Assembly: GCA_963662715.1 (NCBI GenBank)
Contig: OY759724.1
Coordinates: 60,001-92,000 of the forward strand
Length of the DNA stretch: 32,000 bases
Reading direction: 5' to 3'
DNA from: Candidatus Omnitrophota bacterium
GTDB taxonomy: Bacteria; Omnitrophota; Gorgyraeia; Zapsychrales; JANLHA01
The notes beneath the pieces are model-generated. The model made no database searches and was not told where the DNA came from. It worked only from the letters and a program-made list of their open reading frames with translations. The position numbers were made by a program, and so were the translations under genes. Positions 1-8,992 of this stretch are shown piece after piece (positions within the stretch are counted from its first letter, which is position 1; the number at the start of each line of letters is the position of its first letter).

Positions 1-236
1 ACCGTCCCCCCTCCAGAGGAACGGCGCAAAACAGGGATGTCATCCCGCTGACTTTGTTCCGGGACCACATCCTCGTCTGCCTTTCCGGTCCGGCCCAAAA
101 CGACAAAGAACGAGGAAGACTCCCAGAAACGCAAGATTTCCCCGCCGGAATGCCCCCGTTCGGCCAAGAGCAACAAAGCATCGTCCAGGAGCAGATTCTC
201 CTCGGGAGACGAGAATGTTATGTCTTTGCATCGCAT
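1..236 (-). CDS. lipoate--protein ligase family protein (BPL/LplA/LipB fold), N-terminal 78 codons only; gene continues beyond window start
   Basis: Not in the supplied ORF track because it runs off the edge. My translation of the minus frame from ATG 236-234 gives MRCKDITFSSPEENLLLDDALLLLAERGHSGGEILRFWESSSFFVVLGRTGKADEDVVPEQSQRDDIPVLRRSSGGGT... It has the LRFW / VVLGR / RRxSGGG pattern I associate with LplA/LipB-type ligases. The ATG overlaps the gcvPB 3' end by 19 nt. Context fits, since GcvH is the lipoylated substrate. Confidence 0.7.
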   Translation of the reverse strand, partial: MRCKDITFSSPEENLLLDDALLLLAERGHSGGEILRFWESSSFFVVLGRTGKADEDVVPEQSQRDDIPVLRRSSGGGT

Positions 237-1684
237 GAGTTAAAAAAGTTTGCCTTCAACTCCCGGGCCGCTTTGCCTTCATCCGGACGGGAAATAGGCG
301 TTGTCTGCGGACAATCCTTCAAGGCTTGCGGATGGGAAGCCGCCAAGGACACAGCGTTCTCAACAGCATGAATGAACCGGTCCATCATTTCTTTTGATTC
401 ACATTCCGTCGGTTCAATCATCATGGCTTCTTTGACAATGAGGGGGAAATATATCGTAGGCGGATGAAACCCTTGATCAATGAGATATTTGGCGATATCA
501 ATCGCATGGACATCCTGAGCCAGCAGGTCTTTCGCGGACAGCACACATTCATGCAGACAAGACCGGGGATAGGCGGCCGGCAGAATGGACTGCAGCTGAT
601 GTTGCATATAATTGGCGTTCAATACAGAGTGGGAGCTTGTCTCCATAAGGCCTGCTTTGCCCAAAAGCAAAATATACGCATAAGCCTTAAGGATGACGCC
701 AAAGTTACCGTAAAAAGAGGCGATATACCCGATGGACTGGGGGTAACGATAATCCAGATGAAAAATTCCGTCTTTATTTTGAACAACCCGGGAAACCGGC
801 AAATAAGGGACCAGAGAAGCTTTCACTCCGACCGGCCCGGCTCCGGGCCCGCCTCCGCCGTGAGGGGCCGAAAAAGTTTTATGCAAGTTCACATGAATCA
901 CATCAAAACCGACGTCCCCCGGCCGGCATTTTCCGAGAAGCGCATTAAGGTTCGCGCCGTCATAGTACATCAGTCCGTCGACATCATGGACCAAAGCCGC
1001 AATTTTATCAATATCAGAATTAAACAATCCCAGCGTGTTGGGACATGTCAACATGACAGCGGCGACCTCCTCGTTCATATGAGCTTTCAAGATATCCATA
1101 TCCATGAGCCCCCGGTCATCCGTCGGAATCGACAGGGTTTCAAATCCCGCGATGGCCGCTGAAGCCGGATTGGTGCCGTGAGCGGAGTCGGGAATGATAA
1201 TATATTTTTTCTTGTTCCCTTTTGCCTTGTGATACGCCGCGATGATCATAACGCCGGTCAACTCTCCGTGAGCTCCGGCGAGCGGTTGCATTGTAAAAGC
1301 ATCCATCCCCGTTATTTCCGTTAGCCAGCGCTCCATATCATACAAAACCTGCAGAGCTCCCTGGGTATACCGCTCCCCCTGACGCAACTGGGGCAGCAAC
1401 GGGTGCAAGTCAACAAACCCCGTGGATGCGGCCAATGATTCCGTAAAGCGGGGGTTATACTTCATCGTGCAGGATCCCAAAGGATAAAAATGAGTGTCAA
1501 CCGAGAAATTCATTTGCGACAATTGCGTATAATGTCTCACGCAGTCGAGCTCCGTCACCTCAGGAAAAGGCAAAGGCGAGGTCCGGCTGTACTTTAACGG
1601 AAGGGCCGTCGGAGCATCCACATCCGATTTTGACACTCTAAAACCCCGGCGTCCTGCTACTGTTTTTTCAAAAATAAGTTCCAT
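218..1684 (-). CDS. gcvPB: glycine dehydrogenase (decarboxylating) subunit 2 (P-protein beta)
   Basis: 488-aa ORF with ATG start. PLP-lysine context HVNLHKTFSAPHGGGGPG is typical of GcvPB. It lies directly downstream of gcvPA. Confidence 0.95.
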   Translation of the reverse strand: MELIFEKTVAGRRGFRVSKSDVDAPTALPLKYSRTSPLPFPEVTELDCVRHYTQLSQMNFSVDTHFYPLGSCTMKYNPRFTESLAASTGFVDLHPLLPQLRQGERYTQGALQVLYDMERWLTEITGMDAFTMQPLAGAHGELTGVMIIAAYHKAKGNKKKYIIIPDSAHGTNPASAAIAGFETLSIPTDDRGLMDMDILKAHMNEEVAAVMLTCPNTLGLFNSDIDKIAALVHDVDGLMYYDGANLNALLGKCRPGDVGFDVIHVNLHKTFSAPHGGGGPGAGPVGVKASLVPYLPVSRVVQNKDGIFHLDYRYPQSIGYIASFYGNFGVILKAYAYILLLGKAGLMETSSHSVLNANYMQHQLQSILPAAYPRSCLHECVLSAKDLLAQDVHAIDIAKYLIDQGFHPPTIYFPLIVKEAMMIEPTECESKEMMDRFIHAVENAVSLAASHPQALKDCPQTTPISRPDEGKAARELKANFFNSCDAKT

Positions 1685-1759
1685 AGATAAAACTCTAAAA
1701 TTGTTATCGCGAATCCTCCCCCGATCAAAAAAGCCGTCCGGACAATCCCCTTTCAGCCG

Positions 1760-3100
1760 TCAGTCCTGCATGACATCTTCCAGATGTTTCGCAAACTGCA
1801 GAATTTCCGAGCGGGTCCTTTTTTCGGTTACGGCCATAATCATATAATCGTTCATTTCCGGATAATAACGGCCCAGAGGAAATCCGGCGACGAAGCCTTT
1901 CTGAATCATGGCTTCAACGACCTCGTGAGCGTCTCTATCCAGCCGAACGGTAAACTCGTTAAATGTCGGGGCACTTTTCTTAACCTCCACCCCGGGAATC
2001 CGGGCCAGCGTTTGCCGCGTGAATTCGGCCTTTTCGAAATTAAGCCGTGCCAAATCTTTCATCCCTTCCGGGCCCAGGAGCGACATGAAAATCGCCGCCT
2101 GAATGGCGCACAAAGCTTCATTGGTGCAAATATTTGAAGTAGCCTTTTCTCTCCGGATATGCTGTTCCCTGGCCTGCAGAGTGTTGACAAAACAACGCCG
2201 TCCCTGACGGTCAACAGTCTGCCCGACGATGCGTCCCGGCATTTTACGCGCATATTTTTTCCTCGTCGCCATAAACCCCAAATAAGGGCCTCCGAAATTT
2301 AAAGGGAGCCCCAGGCTTTGTCCTTCACCGGTGACAATGTCAACTCCCATATCTCCGGGAGTCTTTAATAATCCCAACGATACGGGATAAACACTCGAGA
2401 TGGTCAAAGCCCCGTGCCGATGCGTCATTGCCACAATGTCTGAAAAGTCATCAACCGCGCCAAAAAAATTGGGGTTTTGCAGGATAACAGCGGCCGTCTT
2501 TTCATCGAGCAATTTTTGAATATCAGGGCGGCAACTCTGGCCATGGATCACAGGGGTTTCCAAGAATTCAATATCAAGATTATTCGTGTAGGATCGGATA
2601 ATCTTCCTGTAAATAGGGCTAACCCCTCCGTCCATGATAATACGGTGACGTCCTGTTATGCGGATAGCCATCATCATCGCCTCATACAGAGCCGTTCCCC
2701 CGTCGTACAAAGACGCATTAGCTATTTCCATATCTGTTAAGGCGCAGATAAGGCTTTGAAACTCATATAAGGCCTGCAGGGTGCCCTGAGAGCATTCAGG
2801 CTGGTAAGGGGTATAAGCCGTAAGAAATTCTCCCCGGGATATCAGAGAGGACACGGCCGCGGGGATGTAATGATCGTAATAGCCGCCACCGATAAACAGC
2901 ACAAGATTAGAAGAATTCTTCCCCGCCAATTGATTGATCCTGCTGACGACTTCATATTCTGAATAGCCTTCCGGAAGGTCAAAAGAGCGCGGGGCATGTT
3001 CTTTTTTAATATCAAGAAACAGGTCATCGACACAAGACATCCCCAGAACTTCTAACATTTTCTGAACATCTGCATCTGTGTTGGCAATGTAAGGATTCAA
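1760..3100 (-). CDS. gcvPA: glycine dehydrogenase (decarboxylating) subunit 1 (P-protein alpha)
   Basis: 446-aa ORF with the overall look of P-protein subunit 1 (MNPYIANTDADVQKMLEVLG...). The start codon is TTG at 3100-3098, preceded by AAGGAG 6 nt upstream. Confidence 0.95.
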   Translation of the reverse strand: MNPYIANTDADVQKMLEVLGMSCVDDLFLDIKKEHAPRSFDLPEGYSEYEVVSRINQLAGKNSSNLVLFIGGGYYDHYIPAAVSSLISRGEFLTAYTPYQPECSQGTLQALYEFQSLICALTDMEIANASLYDGGTALYEAMMMAIRITGRHRIIMDGGVSPIYRKIIRSYTNNLDIEFLETPVIHGQSCRPDIQKLLDEKTAAVILQNPNFFGAVDDFSDIVAMTHRHGALTISSVYPVSLGLLKTPGDMGVDIVTGEGQSLGLPLNFGGPYLGFMATRKKYARKMPGRIVGQTVDRQGRRCFVNTLQAREQHIRREKATSNICTNEALCAIQAAIFMSLLGPEGMKDLARLNFEKAEFTRQTLARIPGVEVKKSAPTFNEFTVRLDRDAHEVVEAMIQKGFVAGFPLGRYYPEMNDYMIMAVTEKRTRSEILQFAKHLEDVMQD

Positions 3101-3216
3101 GAACTACTCCTTTGACGGTAATGTCCTAAAAGACACGATTAAGGGATGAAAACACGATATCTGTGGCTGGCCCCGCAGGCGGGCATGAAAGAAAGAATTG
3201 CTTCCCGGCACAAACT

Positions 3217-3603
3217 TTACCCAATGCTTTCCAAAAAATTGGTATACTCATCCGCCGTCATTAATTTAGAAAGCTCGTCGGGATTGGAAATCTCGATTTT
3301 CGCGAGCCATCCGGACTCATAACAATCCTTATTAATCAATTCCGGATCCTCTTCAAGTTCAGCATTCACTTCCAGCACTTTCCCCGACATTGGACAATAA
3401 ATATCACTGGCTGCTTTAACAGATTCTACCGAAGCAAATTGTTCAAACTGCTCAACCTCCGATTCAACGGAAGGCAACTCAACAAAAGTTATTTCCCCTA
3501 AAGAAGACTGGGCATAATCTGTAACCCCTACGGTTGCGACAGCATCCTCGAGGTAAACCCATTCATGTTCTTTAGTGTAGTGATAATGTTCCAGCACTTC
3601 CAT
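3217..3603 (-). CDS. gcvH: glycine cleavage system H protein (lipoyl carrier)
   Basis: 128 aa with lipoyl-lysine motif SVESVKAASD. AAGGAG lies 7 nt before the ATG. Confidence 0.95.
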   Translation of the reverse strand: MEVLEHYHYTKEHEWVYLEDAVATVGVTDYAQSSLGEITFVELPSVESEVEQFEQFASVESVKAASDIYCPMSGKVLEVNAELEEDPELINKDCYESGWLAKIEISNPDELSKLMTADEYTNFLESIG

Positions 3604-3655
3604 TCCTTGACTCCTTTACTTCGAATTTAATAACGGTCGTTGGCCATAAACATCA

Positions 3656-4750
3656 TTAATCTTTTAGTGAACCCTGTTGGTAGACCGGGCGGCGAACAAT
3701 CGTGCCCTTTTCTTTCTGCCCCTGACTCCCAAACAATATCTTTTGCCCAGGCTTGCCGAATTCAGTTTTTACGAGAGCCAATCCTACACCTTTTTTAAAG
3801 CTGGGAGAAAATGTTCCGCTGGTGACTTTTCCGACAGGCTCCCCCTCCTCCGTAAAAATCACATGTCCGCATCGGGGCGCCCGGCGGGAGTCTGAAAGCA
3901 GAGCCGCGCTTTTCTGCGGCAGAGTTTCCGCTTTAAGCTTCAGGAGGCCTGCCTTGCCGATAAAATCCTTGTCCCAATCAACAAATCTGCCAAGGCCGGC
4001 TTCCAGCAATGACATGTCCTCATTGATCTCATGTCCGTACAGGGGATAACCCATCTCAATCCTTAAAATATCCCTCACCCCCAGGCCCGCCGGCTGAACA
4101 CCCATTTCAAGCAAACGGGACCAACACGGGAGCAAAACCTTTTCAGGTCCGTACAACTCAAAGCCCAACTCTCCCGTATATCCCGTCCGGCTTATAATTA
4201 TATTCTTACCTAACACATCAAATTCGTCAAATGTATAATAATCTAATTTTTCTATCCCGGGGACGAAGGAGCCCAGAATCTCTCTTGAACGCGGCCCCTG
4301 GACATCCAATTTCACCGTCTGGGAGGAGACATCACAAAAAGAGACGTGCCCGGACAAATGAGCCTGAATATGCTGCGCATCTGTTTCTGTTGTTCCCGCG
4401 TTAACAACCAGCATCCATTGATCCACATCCATACGGTAAATCAGCAGATCATCTTTAACTCCGCCGGCCTCATTGAGCATCAAACCATACCGGCAGGATT
4501 TGAGCGGCATATCGTGAATTTTAGGCGTAACGATCCGGTCCAAACCATCGGTGAGTGCCCCGTTGATGAGAAACTCCCCCATATGCGAGGTGTCAAACAT
4601 CGCAACACGCTCCCTCGTCTCTGCATACTCGCTCAGGATGCCGGAATATTTTAACGGCATGGTCCATCCGCCAAAAGACGTCATCTGGGCAGACAGCCGC
4701 AGATGTTCGCGATAAAGAGCTGTTTGTTTGTCCGCAATGTGAGTCAACAT
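3656..4750 (-). CDS. gcvT: aminomethyltransferase (glycine cleavage T protein)
   Basis: 364 aa with MFDTSHMGEF and RTGYTGELGFE motifs characteristic of GcvT. It is the first gene of the gcv operon. Confidence 0.95.
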   Translation of the reverse strand: MLTHIADKQTALYREHLRLSAQMTSFGGWTMPLKYSGILSEYAETRERVAMFDTSHMGEFLINGALTDGLDRIVTPKIHDMPLKSCRYGLMLNEAGGVKDDLLIYRMDVDQWMLVVNAGTTETDAQHIQAHLSGHVSFCDVSSQTVKLDVQGPRSREILGSFVPGIEKLDYYTFDEFDVLGKNIIISRTGYTGELGFELYGPEKVLLPCWSRLLEMGVQPAGLGVRDILRIEMGYPLYGHEINEDMSLLEAGLGRFVDWDKDFIGKAGLLKLKAETLPQKSAALLSDSRRAPRCGHVIFTEEGEPVGKVTSGTFSPSFKKGVGLALVKTEFGKPGQKILFGSQGQKEKGTIVRRPVYQQGSLKD

Positions 4751-4793
4751 AATTTTAAAGGGTTATATTCTCGTTTTTGAAGAAGCGAAAGGT

Positions 4794-4822
4794 ATCATAT
4801 AAGAATCTCAGATTTTTGTAAA
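4794..4822 (-). promoter_or_regulatory. candidate sigma70-type promoter of the gcv operon
   Basis: The minus strand reads TTTACA (4822-4817), a 17-nt spacer, then TATGAT (4799-4794). This is about 44 nt upstream of the gcvT ATG. Motif match only. Confidence 0.4.
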
Positions 4823-4866
4823 GATAATTCCCTCCTTTTATGCACACCCGCAACTTCCCAAAAGGA

Positions 4867-6975
4867 CTACCGGATTTTAACCGTGTCGCAAAAAATCCTG
4901 TAATAATTCTCCCTCTCCGAACGGCCCGAACGATACATCATAAAGAGATATAACCCCGGCTTGACTTTGAGCGGAGGATCAAAGGGGAATACGGCCACAT
5001 CCCCTTCACTTTGTTCGGACAGGCTCTGAGCAGAAACAGCCTGGGAATAAAAATTCCGGCTGGCCGGAACCCAGACAGGCTGCTGATCATCCAGATGATA
5101 CAAAAAGACCCTCAGGGAATCTTTCGGGCTTCCCTGCTTGCCCATTCTTACCGTAAGGGCATGAATGTCAAGGGCCTCTTTTAAAACTTTAACATGTCCC
5201 CGGAACACGTAAAGCTTCGGATCCCTCCCGATAAAACGGATATTGCTTGTCCGGGCCTTCTGGAATTCCTCCCGCGGGATTAACGACCGGATATCCCGCC
5301 AAATTTCAGCACCGTCTAATAACAGAAGATGACTGCGGTAGTCCTTGACCGGGAGTGCATGTCCCAAAAGAAGCGTCCGGTAACTCAGGATTTCCTCCTC
5401 ATGCAACCATACGGCAGAACTCGCTATCGTCCTCTGATCCAAGATAGCGTAATCTAAGATTTTCTCCCGCATCATGAGTTCGTTGAGCAGGTCGTCCCGG
5501 TCGAAGTCCGCGTAAGAACTCGTGGCCGCGACATATAACGAATCCCCGGTGACAGGAGGGAGAAGAACAACGCCATCCCGGGCCTCCAGCAAAGAATCGA
5601 TGGGGACAAACTGAATATGCTGATAAATTTCCGGGCTTAAATACGGCACAAAAAAATCCCGGTGAGGATGCGTCCGGTATGTATAAATTTTTTTTAACCG
5701 CAGATCTTTTAATTTATTAGAAAATAACGTCGAGGCCAGCCGGGTAGGGTAAATATCGGTCATGAAAATATATGCGTTTACCGTCAAATGGGCCACAAGC
5801 AAGAGTCCTGCCCCAACCCAAAACAACCTTTTAAAGCCCGGGCGGCGTTCTTCAAAACGAACGATATCCGTCATGTCATGGAACGCGAAACCCAGGAGTA
5901 AAAGTATTCCCATAAAAGTCGGGAAATAGTTCCCCCCGTACTGGGCCACCCGGAGATGTTCGACCATCCAGGGAGGGAATAAACTTAATAAAATAACCGC
6001 AATAATTTCTAAACGTTTCTGTGTCGTTTTTTCCGACACAAGACGCAGTCCGAGAAAAAGGATCATCATTAAATACAACGGAAAAAGCACCGGCATAATC
6101 AAGGAATAGTATCTGACAAGCCATGTCCAGCCGCCCCGCACATCCACGATCGGCTCAACGCCAAACCATTGCTGTAAAAACGGCTGGTTATAAAAGAAAT
6201 GATTATGAGAGCCGCTGATAGACACATAGTCCCCGAAAGCACGGATGTTTTGGATAACGTCCGGCCAATTGACATAAATAACGACCACCAGAACACCGGA
6301 CAAGACCCCCAGACTTGCCGCCGTCAACTTCTTAAGCAAGTGCGGGGCCGACCGGTTCTCGTTGTTAATGTTCTGATGAACAAAAGCGGCGACAAACCAC
6401 GGGACGTACAAGGGTGAGGCGGTTGAAGAAAACAACGATAACCCCATCGCCAGTCCACTCACCGGGAACAGCCAGGATCTTCCTTTAGCCCGCTGCAGGA
6501 TGAAAACAGCCGCCAAAAAAAACACCAGGCCTAACGGCTGATGTTTCGCAAACAACACGTATAAATACGGCCAGAAAGACCCGGCGAAGGCCAGGAAACA
6601 AAACCAGGCTGTTTTTTTATCCCAGTAAAATCGGGCGATATAATAGATGAAAAGGGAAGAAAAAAAGTTCGCGATAATAAAGACCCAAATAAACGGTTTA
6701 AGCGTCTTAAAGTCCCCGGACAAACGCTGCATCAGAGAAACAGTGAGGATCAGGATTTCTTTTCCGTGGAGCCAGCGGACTCTGGCGGAATCTGAATCCA
6801 TAAGATGATGAATCTGGGAAAGGTACTTCAATTGAGGCAGTTGAACGGTCGCATCAAAATAGTACGCTTTGGCATCTGTAGGCCAGAAGTTAATATCCCG
6901 GCAAGCTGTGACCAGGGCTATGGCCATAATCATGGATATGACAACAACAAAAACTATCGGCCTGTCAAAACGCAT
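4867..6975 (-). CDS. large polytopic membrane protein, possibly a GT-C-type (ArnT/PMT-like, GT39/83-like) glycosyltransferase with a C-terminal soluble domain
   Basis: 702 aa with ATG start. The first ~430 aa hold many hydrophobic helices. The first loop has an acidic/aromatic patch (INFWPTDAKAYYFDA) reminiscent of the GT-C loop-1 motif. The last ~270 aa are hydrophilic. The coding call is solid; the function is inferred from architecture only. Confidence 0.6.
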   Translation of the reverse strand: MRFDRPIVFVVVISMIMAIALVTACRDINFWPTDAKAYYFDATVQLPQLKYLSQIHHLMDSDSARVRWLHGKEILILTVSLMQRLSGDFKTLKPFIWVFIIANFFSSLFIYYIARFYWDKKTAWFCFLAFAGSFWPYLYVLFAKHQPLGLVFFLAAVFILQRAKGRSWLFPVSGLAMGLSLFSSTASPLYVPWFVAAFVHQNINNENRSAPHLLKKLTAASLGVLSGVLVVVIYVNWPDVIQNIRAFGDYVSISGSHNHFFYNQPFLQQWFGVEPIVDVRGGWTWLVRYYSLIMPVLFPLYLMMILFLGLRLVSEKTTQKRLEIIAVILLSLFPPWMVEHLRVAQYGGNYFPTFMGILLLLGFAFHDMTDIVRFEERRPGFKRLFWVGAGLLLVAHLTVNAYIFMTDIYPTRLASTLFSNKLKDLRLKKIYTYRTHPHRDFFVPYLSPEIYQHIQFVPIDSLLEARDGVVLLPPVTGDSLYVAATSSYADFDRDDLLNELMMREKILDYAILDQRTIASSAVWLHEEEILSYRTLLLGHALPVKDYRSHLLLLDGAEIWRDIRSLIPREEFQKARTSNIRFIGRDPKLYVFRGHVKVLKEALDIHALTVRMGKQGSPKDSLRVFLYHLDDQQPVWVPASRNFYSQAVSAQSLSEQSEGDVAVFPFDPPLKVKPGLYLFMMYRSGRSERENYYRIFCDTVKIR

Positions 6976-7065
6976 ATAAGATTATTTTACATCGGGAGTT
7001 CGCACCCTCTCTGCAGAGGATGACTCTTTCTAACTTATCTGCCGGGCTTAATTTAAAACAAAAAA

Positions 7066-7139
7066 CGCGCCTGGGAGGATTCGAACCCCCGACACCCTGC
7101 TCCGAAGGCAGGTGCTCTATCCAGCTGAGCTACAGGCGC
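7066..7139 (-). tRNA. tRNA-Arg, anticodon UCG
   Basis: The reverse complement folds as a 74-nt cloverleaf. Acceptor GCGCCTG/CAGGCGC, D arm GCTC-AGCTGGATA-GAGC, anticodon stem CCTGC/GCAGG with loop CTTCGGA (anticodon TCG). Variable loop GTGTC, T arm GGGGG-TTCGAAT-CCTCC, discriminator G. No CCA is encoded; the 3' flank is GTTTTTTGTTTT. Confidence 0.93.
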
Positions 7140-7228
7140 AAAAAAATCAACAATATCGGTTAAAAGAATACGGCACAATTATTTCAGGAATTCATAATTT
7201 TAAGGATGTTCCTGTGAGACACCGGCTT

Positions 7229-7256
7229 ATTATATCAGGCCTAATTGAAATAACAA
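7229..7256 (-). promoter_or_regulatory. candidate sigma70-type promoter upstream of tRNA-Arg
   Basis: The minus strand reads TTGTTA (7256-7251), a 16-nt spacer, then a perfect TATAAT (7234-7229). It lies about 90 nt upstream of the mature tRNA 5' end. Motif match only. Confidence 0.35.
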
Positions 7257-7331
7257 GTCCGGAAAACAACAAAAAGACCGAAGGGAATCCATGGGGCTCC
7301 CGCCAAAGGGAAAAACGGCTGGCTCCTGCAA

Positions 7332-7709
7332 CTACCTCTCTTCCATGATCACTTCACCATCTTCTTTATGGATCAAAATAATAAGTTCGGTGCCGGCAAT
7401 GACATCCGCTAATGTCCGCCGGACAGGGACAAAACTGACCTGCCAATATTCCTCATCACCTTCGATCCATTGTGGTTTGTCCAGGTGGAAATCCTGGCTT
7501 CGGCCTTGAAAAAACAACTGGCTTTTAGCGAGGATCAGGGCCTCTTCTTTATCAATGCCGTCATATTTAACAACTTCTGATAAATAGGAATCCATTAAGT
7601 CGTCGGATATACGGGAGGACCTGCTGGCGGTTTGTGAACTTTGACATCCCTCTAAGGACAGACAAACCGTCAGGGAAAACAGCAGGATGTGAAAACCATA
7701 GTTCCGCAT
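7332..7709 (-). CDS. small putative lipoprotein, PepSY-like look
   Basis: 125 aa. Signal peptide MRNYGFHILLFSLTVCLSLEGC has a Cys in lipobox-like position. The mature part (GIDKEEALILAK...EYWQVSF...LIILIHKEDGEVI) resembles PepSY-type domains. The start lies 2 nt after the stop of the upstream receiver gene. Confidence 0.65.
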   Translation of the reverse strand: MRNYGFHILLFSLTVCLSLEGCQSSQTASRSSRISDDLMDSYLSEVVKYDGIDKEEALILAKSQLFFQGRSQDFHLDKPQWIEGDEEYWQVSFVPVRRTLADVIAGTELIILIHKEDGEVIMEER

Positions 7710-7711
7710 GG

Positions 7712-8089
7712 CTATTTTGCTTTCCCAACAAATTTCTGAATAATGCCTAAGAGATGGTCAAAATCAAAAGGTTTGTTTAAAAAGGCTTCGGGCTTATAAG
7801 CCTCATCAAAGATCTGGTCATTTGCTTCATCGCGACCGGTCAAAATAATAACAGGGATGGATTTATATTTCTCATTGCCCTTCAGCACCCCGCAGATAGA
7901 AAAGCCGTTGATATCCGGCAACATAACATCCAGGATGATCAGATCAGGGGATTCCTGCTGGGCCTTATTCAGGCCCGTGGCGCCGTTTCCCGCGGAGATC
8001 ACATCATAACCAACTGCCGTCAAAGCTTTTGCGAGAAAATCAATGACTCCCGGCTCATCATCTACGATTAATATTTTTTTCTTCATCAT
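7712..8089 (-). CDS. stand-alone response regulator receiver domain (CheY-like)
   Basis: 125 aa. It has KKILIVDDEP, the acceptor context DLIILDVMLPDINGF, then IILTG and NKPF. All canonical receiver positions are present and there is no output domain. Confidence 0.9.
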   Translation of the reverse strand: MMKKKILIVDDEPGVIDFLAKALTAVGYDVISAGNGATGLNKAQQESPDLIILDVMLPDINGFSICGVLKGNEKYKSIPVIILTGRDEANDQIFDEAYKPEAFLNKPFDFDHLLGIIQKFVGKAK

Positions 8090-8125
8090 ATTAAATTTAA
8101 CACCTAACGCCTATTAATTGCAATT

Positions 8126-8153
8126 ATTATAACAACCCCTTGTTAATAATCAA
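8126..8153 (-). promoter_or_regulatory. candidate sigma70-type promoter of the receiver/lipoprotein pair
   Basis: The minus strand reads TTGATT (8153-8148), a 16-nt spacer, then a perfect TATAAT (8131-8126), 36 nt upstream of the ATG at 8089. Motif match only. Confidence 0.4.
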
Positions 8154-8209
8154 GAATCACTTTTTATGGCCTTTCCTCAGGACTCCTTTGTCCGGCGTAA
8201 ACTCTTCGG

Positions 8210-8890
8210 TTACAAATAAGGTGAAATTTTTTCATAAATCCTGTCTGAGATTAACGCGTATCCCCGGGCATTGGGATGAATGGCATCCGATTTGAGCTTA
8301 GAATCAAAACTAATGCCCTTCATAATATCCGGGATAAAAAGCGCCCCCCGTTTCTTGGTGATCTTTCGGAATCCCTGCGCGTATTCATTACGAATAAGCC
8401 CGATCCTGACTTCAACAACGGCAACAATAGCTCCTTGTTCCTGAATGCGGCAGACGATATTCTCGACATTTCTCATCGTCTCGTTTAAAGGCATATGCTT
8501 AAAGAAATCATTCGCTCCGAATTCAACGATCACCAAGTACGGATCATGAGATAAGACATCCCGTTCCAAACGGCGCAAAGCATCCCTTGTCGTATCACCG
8601 CTGTTCCCGGCGTTTATAACGGGCCAGTCCGTGCGTTCTCTTAAAAACGAAGGATAATCTTTCCCCGGGGCAACACCGTTTCCCGCCGTAATACTGTCTC
8701 CGAAACAAATAACATGACGACCGGCATTCCCCTCATTGACAACAGGAGTTTTCGAACAGCCGGACAGAAAAACAAGACCAAAAACCATCCAAGCCAGGCC
8801 CGCAAAACAAGGCAGTCTCTGCATCAGCGGCTGGATGAAGCCTTTTGTTTTATTATAACATCTCTTCCTTTTCCGTAAAAAACAAAACAT
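8210..8890 (-). CDS. SGNH/GDSL-family hydrolase (TesA-like esterase), predicted lipoprotein
   Basis: Block I is VICFGDSITAGNG, block III is FGANDF and block V is SDAIHPN. The signal peptide ends in lipobox LSGC. The ORF-track start at 8905 is TTG. I prefer the ATG at 8890, which has GGGAGGG 6 nt upstream. An alternative ATG at 8824 gives a shorter signal peptide. Confidence 0.85.
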   Translation of the reverse strand: MFCFLRKRKRCYNKTKGFIQPLMQRLPCFAGLAWMVFGLVFLSGCSKTPVVNEGNAGRHVICFGDSITAGNGVAPGKDYPSFLRERTDWPVINAGNSGDTTRDALRRLERDVLSHDPYLVIVEFGANDFFKHMPLNETMRNVENIVCRIQEQGAIVAVVEVRIGLIRNEYAQGFRKITKKRGALFIPDIMKGISFDSKLKSDAIHPNARGYALISDRIYEKISPYL

Positions 8891-8992
8891 CTCTTGCCCT
8901 CCCAACCCCGTTCTGTTAAATCTGGATCACAGTCTTTCATCTCATAGCCTGCGGCCTTAAACAAACTTCCAATCCCCCGGCAGTTCTTGCGG

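Noticed and set aside
40-371. ORF-track entries 40..231 (-) and 54..371 (+)
   Set aside because: Their translations are Arg/Gly/Cys-rich and not protein-like. The third minus frame gives a clean lipoate-ligase N-terminus, so these are out-of-frame or antisense shadows.
3101-3216. 116-nt gcvH-gcvPA spacer with short repeat ACACGAT (3133-3139 and 3152-3158) and a GC stem
   Set aside because: The repeat is only 7 nt, and the stem is 4-5 bp with a 2-nt loop and no U-tract. This is compatible with chance.
4751-4866. Expected glycine riboswitch in the gcvT leader
   Set aside because: Reading the minus strand I found no pair of conserved aptamer cores (the GGAGAG...ACCGAAGGGGCAA type elements). 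The region is AT-rich with only a promoter-like match. A covariance-model scan would be decisive.
4867-7139. tRNA-Arg as an integration site for a genomic island
   Set aside because: I noticed no integrase, no direct repeat of the tRNA 3' end, and no mobility genes between the tRNA and the gcv operon.
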